Source: Gracilinanus agilis
Taxonomy: Eukaryota
Direction of reading: 5' to 3'
DNA length: 64,000 nt
Assembly (NCBI RefSeq): GCF_016433145.1
Contig: NC_058130.1
Coordinates: forward strand, 114,505,349-114,569,348
Shown here: piece by piece, positions 1 through 13,400 of the stretch
How positions within the stretch are numbered: the stretch's first letter is position 1
Layout: each line of letters starts with the position of its first letter
Notes under the pieces: model-generated
Database searches by the model: none
What the model saw: the letters and a program-made list of their open reading frames with translations, nothing else
Told to the model about the DNA's origin: nothing
Translations under genes and position numbers: made by a program

Positions 1-57
<57 letters not shown>
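1..57 (+). repeat. (GTA)19 microsatellite at the tail end of a minus-strand MIR
   Basis: Perfect GTA repeat read directly. Confidence 0.98.
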
Positions 58-290
58 AAAACTGACATTTTCCTAGCACTTTAATATTTCCAAAGTATTT
101 AAAATACATTCTCTTATTTGAGCACCACAATTCTACAAAGTAGGCACTACAGAGATTATTATTTCCATTACACAGGCAAGGAAACTGAGGATCAAAGAGG
201 TTAAGTCATTTTCCTATGGTAATACAGCCAGTAAATGTTGGAGTCAGGCTTTAATTCCAAATCAGCAGCTACTAAATCTCTTTCCAGACC
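58..290 (-). mobile_element. MIR-type CORE-SINE
   Basis: CAAGGAAACTGAGG...AGAGGTTAAGTCA is the antisense CORE domain. Confidence 0.8.
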
Positions 291-1898
291 CAATAACCTC
301 CAGTTAGCTTGGTGAGTCAGACCAAAGTGTGACTCTAAAACCATGAAACTTTGAGTGATGCTATGTTTGTTTTCCAGTTCTAGGTCCATCCTGGATGGAC
401 AGACTATAAAGGAGTGCCTTATTTCTTTCATACTTAAAGATATCTGTGGACTAAGTGTGAATTTTCCTTCCCTTGGTGCAGATCAAGACTTTTCCATGCC
501 TTCTTGGCTGTGTGTTTCTTGTCCCTGACTTGTTTCCGTAGAGAATCTACCCAAAGTCTTGGAAGTCTTGCTCTGGTTTTTCTGATATTTCATAGAAATC
601 AGAGGAATAACTAACTATTCATCTTTATCCCTCTCTACAGTTCTCTCATGCCTCCTTTCCTAGTTATATATGATCTTGGTGATCCCTTTTATGTGGTTTC
701 TTGCATATTTATTCAATAAGCCCTTATTAACATGTACATAATTTTAAATAATTAAATTAATACGCTTTGGTTCACCAATATCCACTGCTCATTGGGTCAC
801 TTCTAATGTAAATGTATTCCATTTTCCATAACCATAGATCATCCTTTTAAAGATATTGATCAGTTAATAAGCATGAGTGCCTATTAAGTACTAGGCACTT
901 ATTGGTTCATCTTACACAATATAAATTTTCTTCAGCTTACTGACTTTCCTCGATATAGTGAATTTTCTTCACTGTATCAAAGATTAAAGTAGCTGTGAAG
1001 AGCCATTATGTTTAATAAATATTCTCTCCTGTAAGATTTAAAATGGTTCATTCCACCAACATTTGTTGAACATCCCATAGCAGGGAGTTGGATTCAATGA
1101 CCTCTAAGGTCCCTTCTAGCTATAGCTGTATCTGTATCATCCTGTGTACAAGGTACTATTTCAAAATATTCAGAAAGGAACAAAAAGTTCAGACCCAGTT
1201 CCCTAATGTGTGAAATGATAGAATTGGAATAGATGACCTCTACTCTTATTTCTAGCTCAAGATTTATCACCCCCTGATTCTAGGAGTTTGGGAGACCTCA
1301 AACAGGTCTTTATCACCTATCCAAGGCTCAATGAGAACCATCTTGTAAGTCATGAAATGGTTTTCTTGTTTTCCGTCAATTCAAATGATCTTGATTTTTA
1401 TAAAAAAAAAAAAAAAAAAAAGCAAGAGTAGAGACTTTCCACCTCAATGCTTCCCCCCCTCCCACGGGGGGGAAAAATGGTGCAGTGAATTCAAGCAGTT
1501 AATGCAAAGAAGTCTGGAGCCTGAGTTGAGAAGTGTGGTGGGCTGGGAGAGGCCAAGCCAACAAAGACATTATTGATTCTGCTTGTCATATCATATCCCT
1601 TGAGTTCAGCTCTCAGTTGTTTTAGTAAAAGGGGGTGTTCTGATGTTATCACAGAGGTTTTCTGATTATTTGGGCTAATGCTATTTTTTTTATCAGCATG
1701 CTAGACAGGATGTAATTATCTTGTCCTTTATTGACTGTACAAGAGCACCAACATAAAATCCCCGTGTGTCTTCTTAAGAATTCTGCCTTTTAAAGTGCCT
1801 TTTCTGTGCAAAGGTTCCTCTCTTTGTTTGAAGAAAAGGATGAGTGGATGTTCGACAATGATTTTTTAAAATTATTATTAAATTTTAATTTCTACTTG

Positions 1899-2160
1899 GC
1901 TATAGCGTGGCATAATGGAACGAGCAATGGATCTAGAAACATGAGTTCTGGGTTTGAGTCCCAGCTTTATTCTTTTTCTAGCTGTGACCTGAAACAATTC
2001 ACTTACTCTTACTCTTAGTTTTTTCATCTGTGAAATATGGATAATATCTGTTCCATCTACTTAACAAGGTTTTTAGTCTGAATGAGATAATACATGTAAA
2101 GCAAACGCTGTAAAATGCTTATATATGTCTATCATCACCATCATTATTAATGTTGATAAT
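1899..2160 (+). mobile_element. MIR-type SINE
   Basis: tRNA-like head, CORE TTTTTCATCTGTGAAATATGGATAATA, tail TGAGATAATACATGTAAAGC. Confidence 0.8.
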
Positions 2161-2167
2161 AAGAAAG

Positions 2168-2352
2168 ACTGCATGGCATAGTGGATAGCATTGACATCAA
2201 AGCCAGACTGGGTTACTCTGGGAGTCACTTAACCTGCTTGTGCTATAGGAAACTCTCTAAGACCATAAAATTCAGGATAGATGAAGATCTGCATTGGTAG
2301 AAAGTTTCCTTCTCCTGGAGTTCCATGAAATCACCAGTCCAGACTCAGTCCT
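2168..2352 (+). mobile_element. Marsupial CORE-SINE with RTE-type tail (Mar3/WALLSI-like)
   Basis: AACTCTCTAAGACCATAAA...CTGCATTGGTAGAAAGTTTCC...ATGAAATCACCAGTCC; related antisense copies at 27445 and 45940. Confidence 0.65.
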
Positions 2353-2394
2353 TAATAATTCAACAATAGGAGACCCTGTAAAAAATTTCTGCTT

Positions 2395-2596
2395 TGAAGA
2401 AAAACATATGATTGATCACATGGTTCGTTGAGGATATGATTGGGGTTTTGGTATTAAAAAGATCACTCTACTGAAAATATGAATAACATGGAAATAGATT
2501 TTGAACAATGTTAGCTCCGGGAGGGAGGAGGGAAGAAACATGAATTGTGTAACCATGGAAAAATATCCCAAATAAATCAATAAATTAAAAAAAACA
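2395..2596 (+). mobile_element. L1 3' end fragment
   Basis: GATCACATGGTTC...GGATATGATTGGGG...TGTAACCATGGAAAAATAT plus A-rich tail; same family as 33496-33781. Confidence 0.8.
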
Positions 2597-2599
2597 ACA

Positions 2600-2700
2600 T
2601 TTCTCCTCTTCCTCTCTTCCTCCTCCTTCTTCTTCCTCCTCCTCCTCTTCGTCCTCCTCCTCCATCTCTATCTTTCGGTCTCCGTCTGCTTCTCTCCTTG
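2600..2700. repeat. TC-rich low-complexity tract
   Basis: (TCC/TCT)n composition. Confidence 0.85.
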
Positions 2701-4304
2701 ATATCCTTAGTATACAGTACCTTTTTCCTGCTTATGTACCCTGTCTCCTCTTGTTACCTCATTGAAAGAAATCCTGGGTTCTCAAAGACTATTTCGTAAA
2801 TACCATGCTTCAACAAAGCATGGGAGTATGAGTTGAGGAAATGTTCACAAGGATGGAAGAATAGGTCTTTTGAAGAAGACCCTGCACCCATCTTCTACCT
2901 ACCTCCTCACTGCTCAGTGTAGTGGTGTGAAGCCAATATGGAGCAAAAGAGAAAGTACGTAACAGGAAAACAGCCTGAGAAAGGTGTTGTATACTAAAGA
3001 TTTCAAGAAGAGAGATGTGAGGGCAGCAAGATGGCAGAAGGTATCAGCTTACTGGAGCCTGCCATTTTGTCAACTTCTGTGACTCCTCAAATGATGAGTT
3101 AAGTTATGGACAAAAAACAGATAGAAACATTGAACAAAAAACCCCAGCTATCAAGAGTTCCAGTTCATAGAGGATCCCTTGTCTGTGTGTATTACTTTTT
3201 ACTGTGTTATTTTGTCTATGTTCCTTTGCCTGTCTTGCATGAAGAGCAGCCAAGGGAGCTAAGCAATCCACACTGCATTTTCTAGAACTCCTGAGTTTAG
3301 AGAAGTTCATGTGTCATCTAGGAAATGCTGAGATCTGTGAGACATTTCGTTATAATTTTTTTTTACCTTTAGTGATTTTGTGCCAAAAGTAAACTGCAAT
3401 ATCTAGGTATTTTTTGCTTGTTCCTCAGGGGATAGGACCCCATTAGACTGAAATGTCATGATTAGGACTCAGGAAGATATAGAAGGGTCAAGGAATTGGT
3501 GGCATTTTTGCAGCAGGATTGAGTCTTGCAGCTGACTCTGACTGGGTAAATACTCAATAATCTACATTGCCTCTTTAGTGAATCAGCAAGGACACCTAAA
3601 AAGAGATTGATTGAGGTGTTGGTTCATTTTCTGAAAAGCATAGAAGACTTGACATTGTTTCCAAATCTTCCATCAAAGTGGTAAATCAATAATCAACAGG
3701 ATGATCATGGGGAAATTGAGAATGGTGGCTATCAATATCACCAGCTAGTAGGAAAAAGAAAAAAAGAAAGAAAGAAGAAACTTTAAATAGTATCACTGGA
3801 TAAATTCACCAGCAACAATTCTGAAATATTTTAGGTTGTGCTTTCTGAGCCTCTGTCACTGTCTTTATGTCTCTGTCTCTTTTGGCTGCATTATTTTGCC
3901 TAAAAATCATATCACTCTCTAATGTTAATTTTTTTAATCATGGACATGCTCTTCAAATGTAAAGTTTCAAGGACCTGAAAACTTTCCTCTCAAATAATCC
4001 AAAAATGTTGTCGGCTTTTTGTGTACATTTATAAATGGGTTGTTTGGAACTTGGAAAGCATTTCCCCATAGAAATATTGTTATAAATACTAATTCGTTTT
4101 TTAGGTCAGTACATAAATGCCTACTTAATCTATTGACTTAGCTAATATTTCCAGAATTGCGCAAGAGTTAGCATATTGGGCATATTATTTGGATGGAAAT
4201 GACTATAGTGTAGATTAGTCCATTTCAAAAATTACCTGTCCTATGTGTACCGAAACCTTTTGTGTGTGTGTGTGTGTGTGTGTTCCAAATTAAAAAAACA
4301 AACA

Positions 4305-4575
4305 GAATCATAGAGTTTCAGAGTTAGAGGGGACCTCAGCACTCATCCAATATGAAAAGAATCCCCTCTAAAACATAAATCACTAGTGGACATTGATCCA
4401 GCCTTTGCTTGAAAACCTTCAATGAGAAGGAATCCACCAACTTCCCTCTAAGGCTGACCAGTCTACCTTTGGATAACTGCAATCACTGAGAAGTTTCTCT
4501 ACATGAAGTTTACATTTGTTTTTCAGAAACTTCTATGCATTTCTCCTTGTTCTACCCTCTAGGGTCAAGCAAAAA
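4305..4575 (-). mobile_element. L3/CR1 3' end
   Basis: AGAATCATAGAGTTTCAGAGTTAGAGGGGACCTC antisense tail followed by CR1 3' sequence. Confidence 0.75.
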
Positions 4576-4984
4576 AGATTATCAAATGAGATAGCATTTG
4601 TAAAGTGCTTATCGCAGTGCCTATCACATCACAGGTGTTATAATGTGTATCCCTCCTCCACTCCCACCTCCACCTCCAAAACAAAGAAAACTGAAGCAGG
4701 CAATGATGTTCAGGAGCCCATTCTTTATTGTTCTGTAGCAGGGCACTGCATGCCCTAGTTTGACTGATGGTCTTAGGGAAATCTTCCAGTTTCTTCAGGA
4801 ATCTGAGTGGTGGATACTGGACCTAATTCCTCTTTAGCCTAAATTAGAATTGCCAGGTGTTTTTTTTTTTTTTAAATATAAACCATTGCCCATCATTACC
4901 CAAGTTTACCCAGCTAGTAAACATCGAATTTGACCTCTAGTCCCGTGATTCCTACATACTTTCTTCATTCCCACTGATACTATC

Positions 4985-5200
4985 TATATCCATTGACTGC
5001 AGAATGGTTGGATAAATTATGGTAAATTAATGTAATCAGATATTGCTGTGCCATATGATGACAAATATGAGGAATAAAAGGAGATGCTGAGTGACATGTA
5101 AAGTGATATAAAAATGGATCATCAGAATTAGAAGAAAAACATACACAGACAATAAAAACAACACAATGATAAAAAGGAATTTCACAAATGGATAGACCGA
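4985..5200 (+). mobile_element. Old L1 3' fragment
   Basis: GAATGGTTGGATAAATTATGGTA...TATTGCTGTGCCAT resembles the end of L1 ORF2. Confidence 0.55.
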
Positions 5201-5258
5201 TTTGGAAGAGGACATGGGGGTAAATATATTGTTGTTAAGTTATATTATGTTCTAAAAC

Positions 5259-5440
5259 GTGCTTAGCTGTATCACCCCGAATGTACCTGTTCACAATCTC
5301 ATCTTAGAAGCAAGCAGATTTGGACCTGCTTAGTATTTGGGTGGGAGACTAACTAGGAACACTGTACTCCAGACTCAAAAAGAGAAGTATAGCGGGGCAT
5401 TGATGGAAGGAGTTCCTACAGTAAGGAAATCTCTGATCAC
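5259..5440 (+). pseudogene. Degenerate 5S rRNA copy (5259-5375) fused to an RTE-like 3' tail (about 5395-5440); possible 5S-derived SINE
   Basis: CCTGCTTAGTATTTGGGTGGGAGAC vs 5S box C region CCTGGTTAGTACTTGGATGGGAGAC (3 mismatches in 25); upstream ATCACCCCGAA and AGAAGCAAGCAG also align to 5S. Confidence 0.8.
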
Positions 5441-5744
5441 TAGCTTATTAAATATTTAAGCTAAAATTATGAATAGTTTCAATTTTGGGAAGGATTTGGG
5501 AGACTGTTTTGTTTGCCTTTTTGCTTATTATTTATCAATTCTATTATTAATATTAATAAGTCAGTTAGGTTGCATAGTGGATAAGAACTCTGGATATGGA
5601 ATATAAGCATTTATTAGCTGTTATGGCCATTGATAAGTAACCTCCCAGTCTCAAAAAAATGGTGATGGCAATAATACGTTTTAGGGTTTTGTAAAAATAA
5701 ATATTTATCTTTGTAAAGATATATATCCTATCCTATTTACCTAA

Positions 5745-6400
5745 AAATTTCAACATATCTGAAATTAAACTGATTATCTTTTTTCCCTAAACTCTTTCCC
5801 CTTCCAAATTTCCTTTCCTTTTCTTTTTTTTTAAAGGCACCAGCATCTTTCCGGTGTTCATAATTTCATCATTATCCTTGACTCCTCACTCTCCCTTATT
5901 CTACATATCCATATCCAGTTACTAAACAAATCTTGTCATTTCTACCTCCAGAAACATCTCTGGCAGCTGACTTCTTTACTCATGCAGATAAAATCTTAAC
6001 TCAAGCCCTTATTACTTCTCCCCTAGATTATTTTTTTAAACTCTTACCTTCTGTTTTAGAATTGATACTAAATATTCATTTCAAGGCAGAAGAGATAGGC
6101 AATTGGGATTAAATGACTTGCCTAGGGTAACTGAGCTAGGAAGTATATGAGGTCATATATGAACCAAGGACCTCTTATGTCTCCATGCCAGGTGCTCTAT
6201 CCATTGAGCCACCTAGCTGCCCCTCTTTCCTCTATATTATAGCCATGACTCCTGGCTAATTTCTCTACCCCAAATCTCTCCCCTTCATACCCATTCCTAT
6301 ACACTATTGCTGGAATAATTTTTCTTATTGCAGATTTGATCATATAGCTCCCTTTTCCCAATAACTTCAGTGATTTCCAGCTTCATTGGACATTAAATGA
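5745..6400 (+). mobile_element. L2 fragment interrupted by a SINE
   Basis: TCAACATATCTGAAATTAAACTG...ATCCTTGACTCCTCACTCTCCCT typical of the L2 3' region. Confidence 0.75.
6031..6223 (-). mobile_element. Opossum SINE1-type element
   Basis: Antisense head ...GAGCCACCTAGCTGCCCC and tail TTTTTAAACTCTTACCTTCTG. Confidence 0.9.
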
Positions 6401-7599
6401 ATGGCTAGTATCCACCCTACCAAATTGTTTTATATTTAACATTTTGTATATGTGTGTAGGTATGTATGTATGAATGAATGCACAGGATATCCATATGTAC
6501 AAGTATATATAATTATATAAATTTTATGTTTATACTCTATACTGTTACCTCCCTCATTAGAACGTAAGTTCATTGTGAAGAAGTGTGGTTTCATTTTCTG
6601 TACTTATATCCCTACTGCCTATACAGTATTGATTGATGAATACTAGTTTAGAGAATTAAACATATTAAAAAGAATTTGCTGCAAAGATCAAGTAAGAGCT
6701 CTATCAGTACAGAAAAGGTTTTGTTTAAGCATATCCTCAGGCCTGGAGTAAGTGCTATTATTTCTCACAGTAGATAGTTCTAGCAGTTGAATAGCAGGAA
6801 CCTTTCACTTTCTGGAACTTCCTTGCCATGCTATAGTTTTCTCAATGTCAGACAAAACCCCTACTTGGGTCCTCTTCTCTTCTGATTTCCTACCACTTTA
6901 AAGAAAAAGTTTCTGACTTAATCTTTTTCATGTTAGTTGGGTCGTCAGTAGCCCTTATATTCTCCTTGTATCCTGTTCATGCTATCCATGTGTGAGATGC
7001 TTTGTAATCTATTTGGAGCCCTTATTAACAGACTCGAGATTCCCCTTCCTAAAATGGAAGCCAACAGGAGGTGATGGCTGATGGAGAGTTCAAAGGAAAA
7101 AGATTTGGCACAGAAAACATATAGGAGCTGATGAGTCGCTTGGAAGACTGTTGAGTTAGCTGCTGGGTTAGCTGTGGGAGGCATGGAGGAATGTGGAAGG
7201 AAAGACCAGAGAATTCTAGTGCCCTGTTTAATCATGGGCTTGACAGACTTTGGCAAGGGACTCAAGTTTGTTTTGGTCTGAGCCTTTCTAGTTGGGATCA
7301 TCCTCCATCCCTCCAGTAGTTCCACTTGTCATCCCTCTTTCACAGTTAGCTTGACATCTCATATCAAGGTATTAAAAAGCCAGACATGTTACAGAGAGAA
7401 GCCTGTGATCATTGAAGTAGCAAAAAGTTAGAAGAATCCAAGCTCCCTTTTTTCTGTTCTCTCCTTAAATATTCCTACTGATGCCAAGCCTCCTTGCAAT
7501 TCATGTTTCTTCAGCGAAGTCTGGCAACTGCCTCCTTTTTCATCAGAGACTCTGAGACTCATTACCCTTTTTGCTTTTGAACAGCCTTTGACTAAGTCA

Positions 7600-7865
7600 C
7601 CCTGTCTGGAATGCACTCTCTTGTTGTCTCTGCCTTTGGGAACCCTTATCTTTCTTCTTTTCTCAGCTTAGGGTGCCAACTACTCAATGAGGCATTCCAT
7701 AATGCTCCCATGGGTTATGTTCTTCCCTCTGCCTCTTGTGTACATGATGTATTCTCTAGTAGGCTATAAGCTCTTTGAGGGCAGGGACCATTTCATTTCT
7801 TGTCTTTGTGTCCCTAGTGCCTTAAGTTCAAGGTGTGTTTAAAAGATATTAGTCGAATTGAATTA
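7600..7865 (+). mobile_element. L2 3' end
   Basis: TATAAGCTCTTTGAGGGCAGGGACCATTTC...GAATTGAATT. Confidence 0.8.
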
Positions 7866-10169
7866 GCATCTTTGTTTTGTACCTCTTCTTAGCGTTTTTA
7901 ATGACTGTTAATTGGAAAGGAGGTCTAAGTAAAGAAAACAAGCTAAATCCAGAAAGCAAGAACAAGTTGGTAACAGGGTTGGTAGAGCCGGAAAATCCAA
8001 GCAGTTGAGATTAATTTGGAGATGGGTTCCTAGAACGGCAATTTAGGACCAGAAAGAATGACATTCAGATACCTGAGATATAATATTTAACACAGTAATC
8101 CTAGGAAGGAAGGGGACCAACTTTTTGCAACAGTACCCTTTCTTGCCTGAGGTTGTTTCTTCACACTGGAATGTTGACTGGCAAGGGTTAACTTAATAAA
8201 GACCTTAAAAAACAAATAAACTTTCTAGTCCTTAGAAGGAGAAGAAGGAATTAGAGAAAGGTGCAACATCATATGACCTCAAATTCATCTGAATCTAAGG
8301 GAAATTTTAAATGATTTCATGATCAGTGTTCATTCCATTACTTGTACGTTTTGGAGTCAGATATAAATCAGCAAAATTTTTCATGTTACTGGTCACTCAT
8401 CTGAGCACTACTGCAGTGTACATGCTATTGGTATTTGCAACATTTCTTTCTATGCAGACAGAAGGGATCTTGAAATCAATTTAAAATAATTTTTTTCCTC
8501 CTTTGCCCCAAGGTTTGACAGAAAGGTGGCTTTTCTATTTGCCAAGGTCAACTCCCATCCCCACCCCAACCCTGATTTCTTCTACTAGATTGGATGTTGA
8601 TTTATCTCCCCTATCCGCCTACCCCTCTTCCTCTCTTCCTTCTTCATCTTCCTTCTCTTACTCTTCCTTCTTCTTTCTCCTTTTTTCTTGTTCTTTTCTT
8701 CCTCTTCTTTTTTAACCTTTCTGAGCCTGTTTCTTAATTTCAAAAAATAAACATAATAATCACAACTACTTTATAAGGTTGTTTTGAGGACTGAGTGAGA
8801 TAATAAGTGTAATATTTTATATAGAGATATGTGTATGTGTGCATATATATAGTGATGTAAATATATATGTATACATGTATATGAACTATTACTATTCACA
8901 ACTCAATCCCTGGAAAAAATCTTTTACAGTCAGTCTTTGCCACTATGTCCTCACTCATTTCTGAGCCTTTACGTCTAACATTTGAAGGAAGCACTCAGCC
9001 TGTAAAGCTTCTTCCTATCCAAGGCTTCAAAACTTCTACATGACCAACATGGCCATCCATACTTAGACAAAAGCCGACATGGCAGCAGGTGCTATTCTAC
9101 TCAACATGATGTCTTTTCTTGCTCAGTAATTATTTTGTGTTAGTCTTTTTTTCAACATGTAAACTTAAAAGCTCCTTGAAGGCGGGTCTTATCCAGGGCC
9201 ATTGCTACAAGCATACAAGGTTTATCAAACACCCACCTCCTGCTTATAAGAAGAGGGGATGGAGAAGGGGACAAAGCTTGATTAGGAACAATCACCAGGT
9301 GAAACTTCTTCTGAGGGAGAGGATTGTAATCTAAGTTGTGATTCAGAGACTAAATCTGATGCTCTGGCCAGAATTCCTAGGGAATGCCAAATTTCCTAGG
9401 CTAATTAGCAGACAAGGAAAGTTATATCAGGAAACTACTAACAGTGAGAACACATTGAAAATAGAAGTGGCAAGTGGCAATGAAATGACAGTCTAACACA
9501 GCTTGCTCTTCTGTTGTGGTCCTCTTTTGTAAATTCCTTGAGGATGGAGGCTATTTTGTTTTGTTTTGTATCTCTTTCCCCTGGGCCTTTTTTTTTTTTT
9601 AATAGAAGGTGGTTAATTCTTAGTGCTATGCCTGAGGCATAAAGATGCTTGATTGTAATTGTTGTTTGATTCATTAATATACATTCATTGAACTGAATTG
9701 AATTTTAAGGTGGTGGCTTGATTAGAATGTCCATAGGAATTCCTCCCAAGTCTTTTTTCCATGAACTGTTGACTAGCCATATGTATCCTATTCTTTATTT
9801 ATGAAACTTTTTTATTAACAAAATGTAGGACTTTGCACTAATTCCTTTTAAATGATGTGTTATTAAGATTCAACCAACCCATTATCGCAGTTTGTTTCAA
9901 TCTTTTTGGATTCCAAATATTTCATCCAAAGAATTCGCTTTTTTCTTAGCTTCATGTCATGTGAAAATTTGATATACTAATTATGATTGCAAATTTTTTG
10001 TGTGCCTAGTCTTTTCTACCAGGTCTAAATCTACTTATTTGAAATATTTTCCAGCCTATATCTCTCTATTTTGTCCTCCAGAGTATCATAAAAGACTCTC
10101 AAATGCCTAATGCTATCAAAAAAGGAAAAGAAAAAAAAAGCTATATCATGACTTTATCCATTATCATCA

Positions 10170-10430
10170 CCATCATAGCTAAAATTTATATCTCACTTAA
10201 AGGCTTACAAAGCATTTACAAATGTTATCTAATTTTTTCCTTATAATAAGCCTGGAAGTCAGGTACTTTTAGTTTGTCCATTTTTCAGATGAGGAAACAA
10301 CCAAATTGAGGCTAAGTGACTTGCCCAGGGTCTCACAACTAATAAGTACCTGTCTGAGATAAGATTTGAATTCAGGTTGTTTGACTCCAGGTCCAGTATT
10401 CCATGTACTTCCACCTAGTTTCCTTGATAA
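10170..10430 (-). mobile_element. MIR-type SINE
   Basis: CAGATGAGGAAAC...AAGTGACTTGCCCAGGGTC...GACTCCAGGTCCAG. Confidence 0.85.
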
Positions 10431-13400
10431 ACCATACTGACTTGTCATAGTTCCCATTTTCTTTTCTAATTGCTTACAACCCAACCCTTTAGTAATGTCT
10501 TTAATATGTTTACCATTAATTGCAGTCAAGGTAACTTGAAGACACAAAGGATTACACTTTAAAGAATCTCCCCCTCTTGCAAAGCTGGCAATTTGCCCTT
10601 TTCTCATCTTCTAACACATATCCTATTGGCTGGGATTTTTTCCAAGCTTTAGGGTTAGGCTTTGCTCTCACAACCAAGTGCAAGTAGATGGAATATGCTG
10701 GATAAAGTATCAAAAATTCACAGCTCTGTTAATTTCCAAACACCATAAACAGGAGTTTATGATACAGTCCATAGCACAGTTCCAAAAGAGCCATTATGGG
10801 GTCTCTTCCTTGAGTAAATAATACACAAGATGATCATTGTCTAAGCCTGAATGTTGGGTCATAATGGGTTTTATTTTTATTTGAATTTTCATTTATTGAT
10901 TTTGTTTCTGTTCCACATGAATAATGCATCTTTTAAAAAGTCATCCAAATCAGCATTATTTGCCCATTAAATGAAGAAAACCCTTTCTTTGGAGTAGTTA
11001 CAAATATGAATTATAAAGTCGATGTGTTTTTGAGCTGCTTAAATATGTACTGGTGTGATAAACCAAATTGTTGTTACAGTGGGTTATAAGCTTACTTAGT
11101 AAATTTTTAAACTATCTGTTCATCGATTATAATAAAATAACTTCAAATGAAGCTGTTATGGTTCATTCAGGGGAGGCTGGCATATTTAAATATCTGTATA
11201 AACAGCATTAACTCTAATAACTCTGAAGGGGCCATTACTGTTTAGGTAAACAATGCCTTCTCTGGAGGCTTTGCACATGGTGATACAATGGACCATAATC
11301 CTCAAATAGATCAATCTCTGTGCTCTTGCCTGAGATATCATGCCTTTGTTTTGTACACATGATAAACAAATCTAAATAATGCAAAAATATTCACTGCTGA
11401 TTTATCTTCTCCAGAGTAACTGAATTGCATGTGGGCATCTCCCTCCTGGAAATGGGGGAGAAGTTTGCGATCTACAGATGTGAAATAATAAAGCCTGGAT
11501 GAGCAATTTGCCATAGGAATGTAAAAGAGGAGACAGATTTGGGGATTTTTGTGGAGAAAAATGAACCAGAATTGGAATTTATAGTTGAGAAAAAGAAAGG
11601 GAGAGAAGATGACCTTCTGAGTCAAAGTACGGAGACTTGACCAAGACACTGACAGGGACAAAGGTGTTTGGCAAAGAAGAGCTTTCAGGCTTAAGAATCC
11701 ACTTCGAAAATTGTCGTGGTGAACTTTGGGCCATGGCAAGGCAATCAGACAGATGTTAATAAGCAGAAAATTGTGCAGGAGTGGCCACAAAGACTGAAAG
11801 TTAGACAGAGGACTACTTCACTTATGGTTGGTAAATAAAAACCTCAAGGACATATGAAAGCCATCCAATAAGAGCAAAGAGATGATGAAAACAGTGGAGA
11901 GAGTACTGAATTTGGAGTCAAATTTGGCCTTACATTGATAATGGGAGGAAATACTACATTTTAGTTGGAGGTTAGTGAAAATAAAGATGCACTTTTCCCC
12001 AAATAAGTTCAAGGACCGCTTGAAATTTATTCCTGGGCCCCTTGGGATCCATGAGCTGTATGATAAAAATTCTTGCCTTAAGGAAAGTTTGGTGGAATCT
12101 CAGGTTAGATACATATGAAGAGGTTTCTCCAAAATAGATTTATTTCTGTCTCTCTGAGAGACAGTTATGTTTCCACAAGAGTAGATTAAATTATCCCCCA
12201 TGGTGGCTCTCTTGTGTGCTCCATTGAGTTTTTTCCTATATATTGCAATTCAGTAATTTGCCAGCATGGAGCTAATTTCTACTACTACCATAATTAAATG
12301 CAAAATTTTTTAAAAATGTAACTCAGTGAACCTTTGACTGATAAACTTATGGAATTATTTAATCTAAGAGATGGTAGAGGTTATATATATATATATATAT
12401 ACATAAATATATATGTGTATATATATATAACCTTTTTAATGAACAAATATTTGAGTACATTTTTATTTTTTGAGATTATTATTAAGAAAAGGTGCCCACA
12501 ATCACTCACAAAATGTTCCTTCTGATTATTCTTAATTAGGAGATTGGGCAACTTCTTGATCTGACTCACTAGAACATTTTCTTATGTTTGAGTCTATTAT
12601 CATTTTCTTTCTTTTTTTGTGGTTAGACATATCCTCAGATCTAAAAGTTTCTAGAACCACAGATTGAGAGCTGGAATGGATTTTAGAGACCACTGTGTCC
12701 ACCACTTCATTTGGTAGTTGAGTCCACAGAGATAACTATCACATAGGTAATAAGTAAGAGAACTGAAATTCAGTTCTCAGTTCCTCTGACCCCAAATACA
12801 TTGCTCATTCCACCATGTCATGCTAGATTTAAGCTCAAATTACTTCAGGAAAGCTCTTGGCTCAGATTTAGATTCTTCCATTCTTTTGACTTTAGCCATA
12901 TTGTTTTTAAAGAACCCATTGAATCTTCTGTATCAGCGACCTAATTTTCTACTGATAACAATAGCTCTCTTATATTTATACTTTATATTTATATATAATT
13001 TTACAGTTTTCAGAAAATCGCATAATTTAATTTTCAGGAAAGGAAGTCTATGAGGTTGATAAGTCAAGCACTATTATACCAATTTTATAGAGAGCCTCCA
13101 CTAAATTCTAATTTAGATGTCTTATAGTATAGAGGTGACTTCAAGATTTATAAATCTATGCTAGCAAATGTAAATTATAGCATTTCATTTTCTACCAAAC
13201 TTATTTAATCACTTAGGGCTTTGCCAGCCACTTTCCCAATCTTTTTTTTTAAGGAAGAACTGGGTCTTTGGGAGGACAGCTTATACTTTTGATGGCATGT
13301 GAATCTGAGAGAATGCTGAACTCTCTGTGGCTACCAGAAAGTCATTGACCTTCTGTCCCTCAATTCTTCTACTGACATCAAGGCAGCATGAAATGGTTGT

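Noticed and set aside
5259-5375. Functional 5S rRNA gene
   Set aside because: Heavily diverged, CpG-decayed and no terminator at the expected position
6945-7616. 126-aa and 62-aa minus-strand ORFs
   Set aside because: No recognisable homology or convincing splice sites; the second starts in an L2 tail
11410-11640. Resemblance of plus-strand EPELEFIVEKKKGREDDLLS to Gypsy RNase H
   Set aside because: Too weak; catalytic motifs absent
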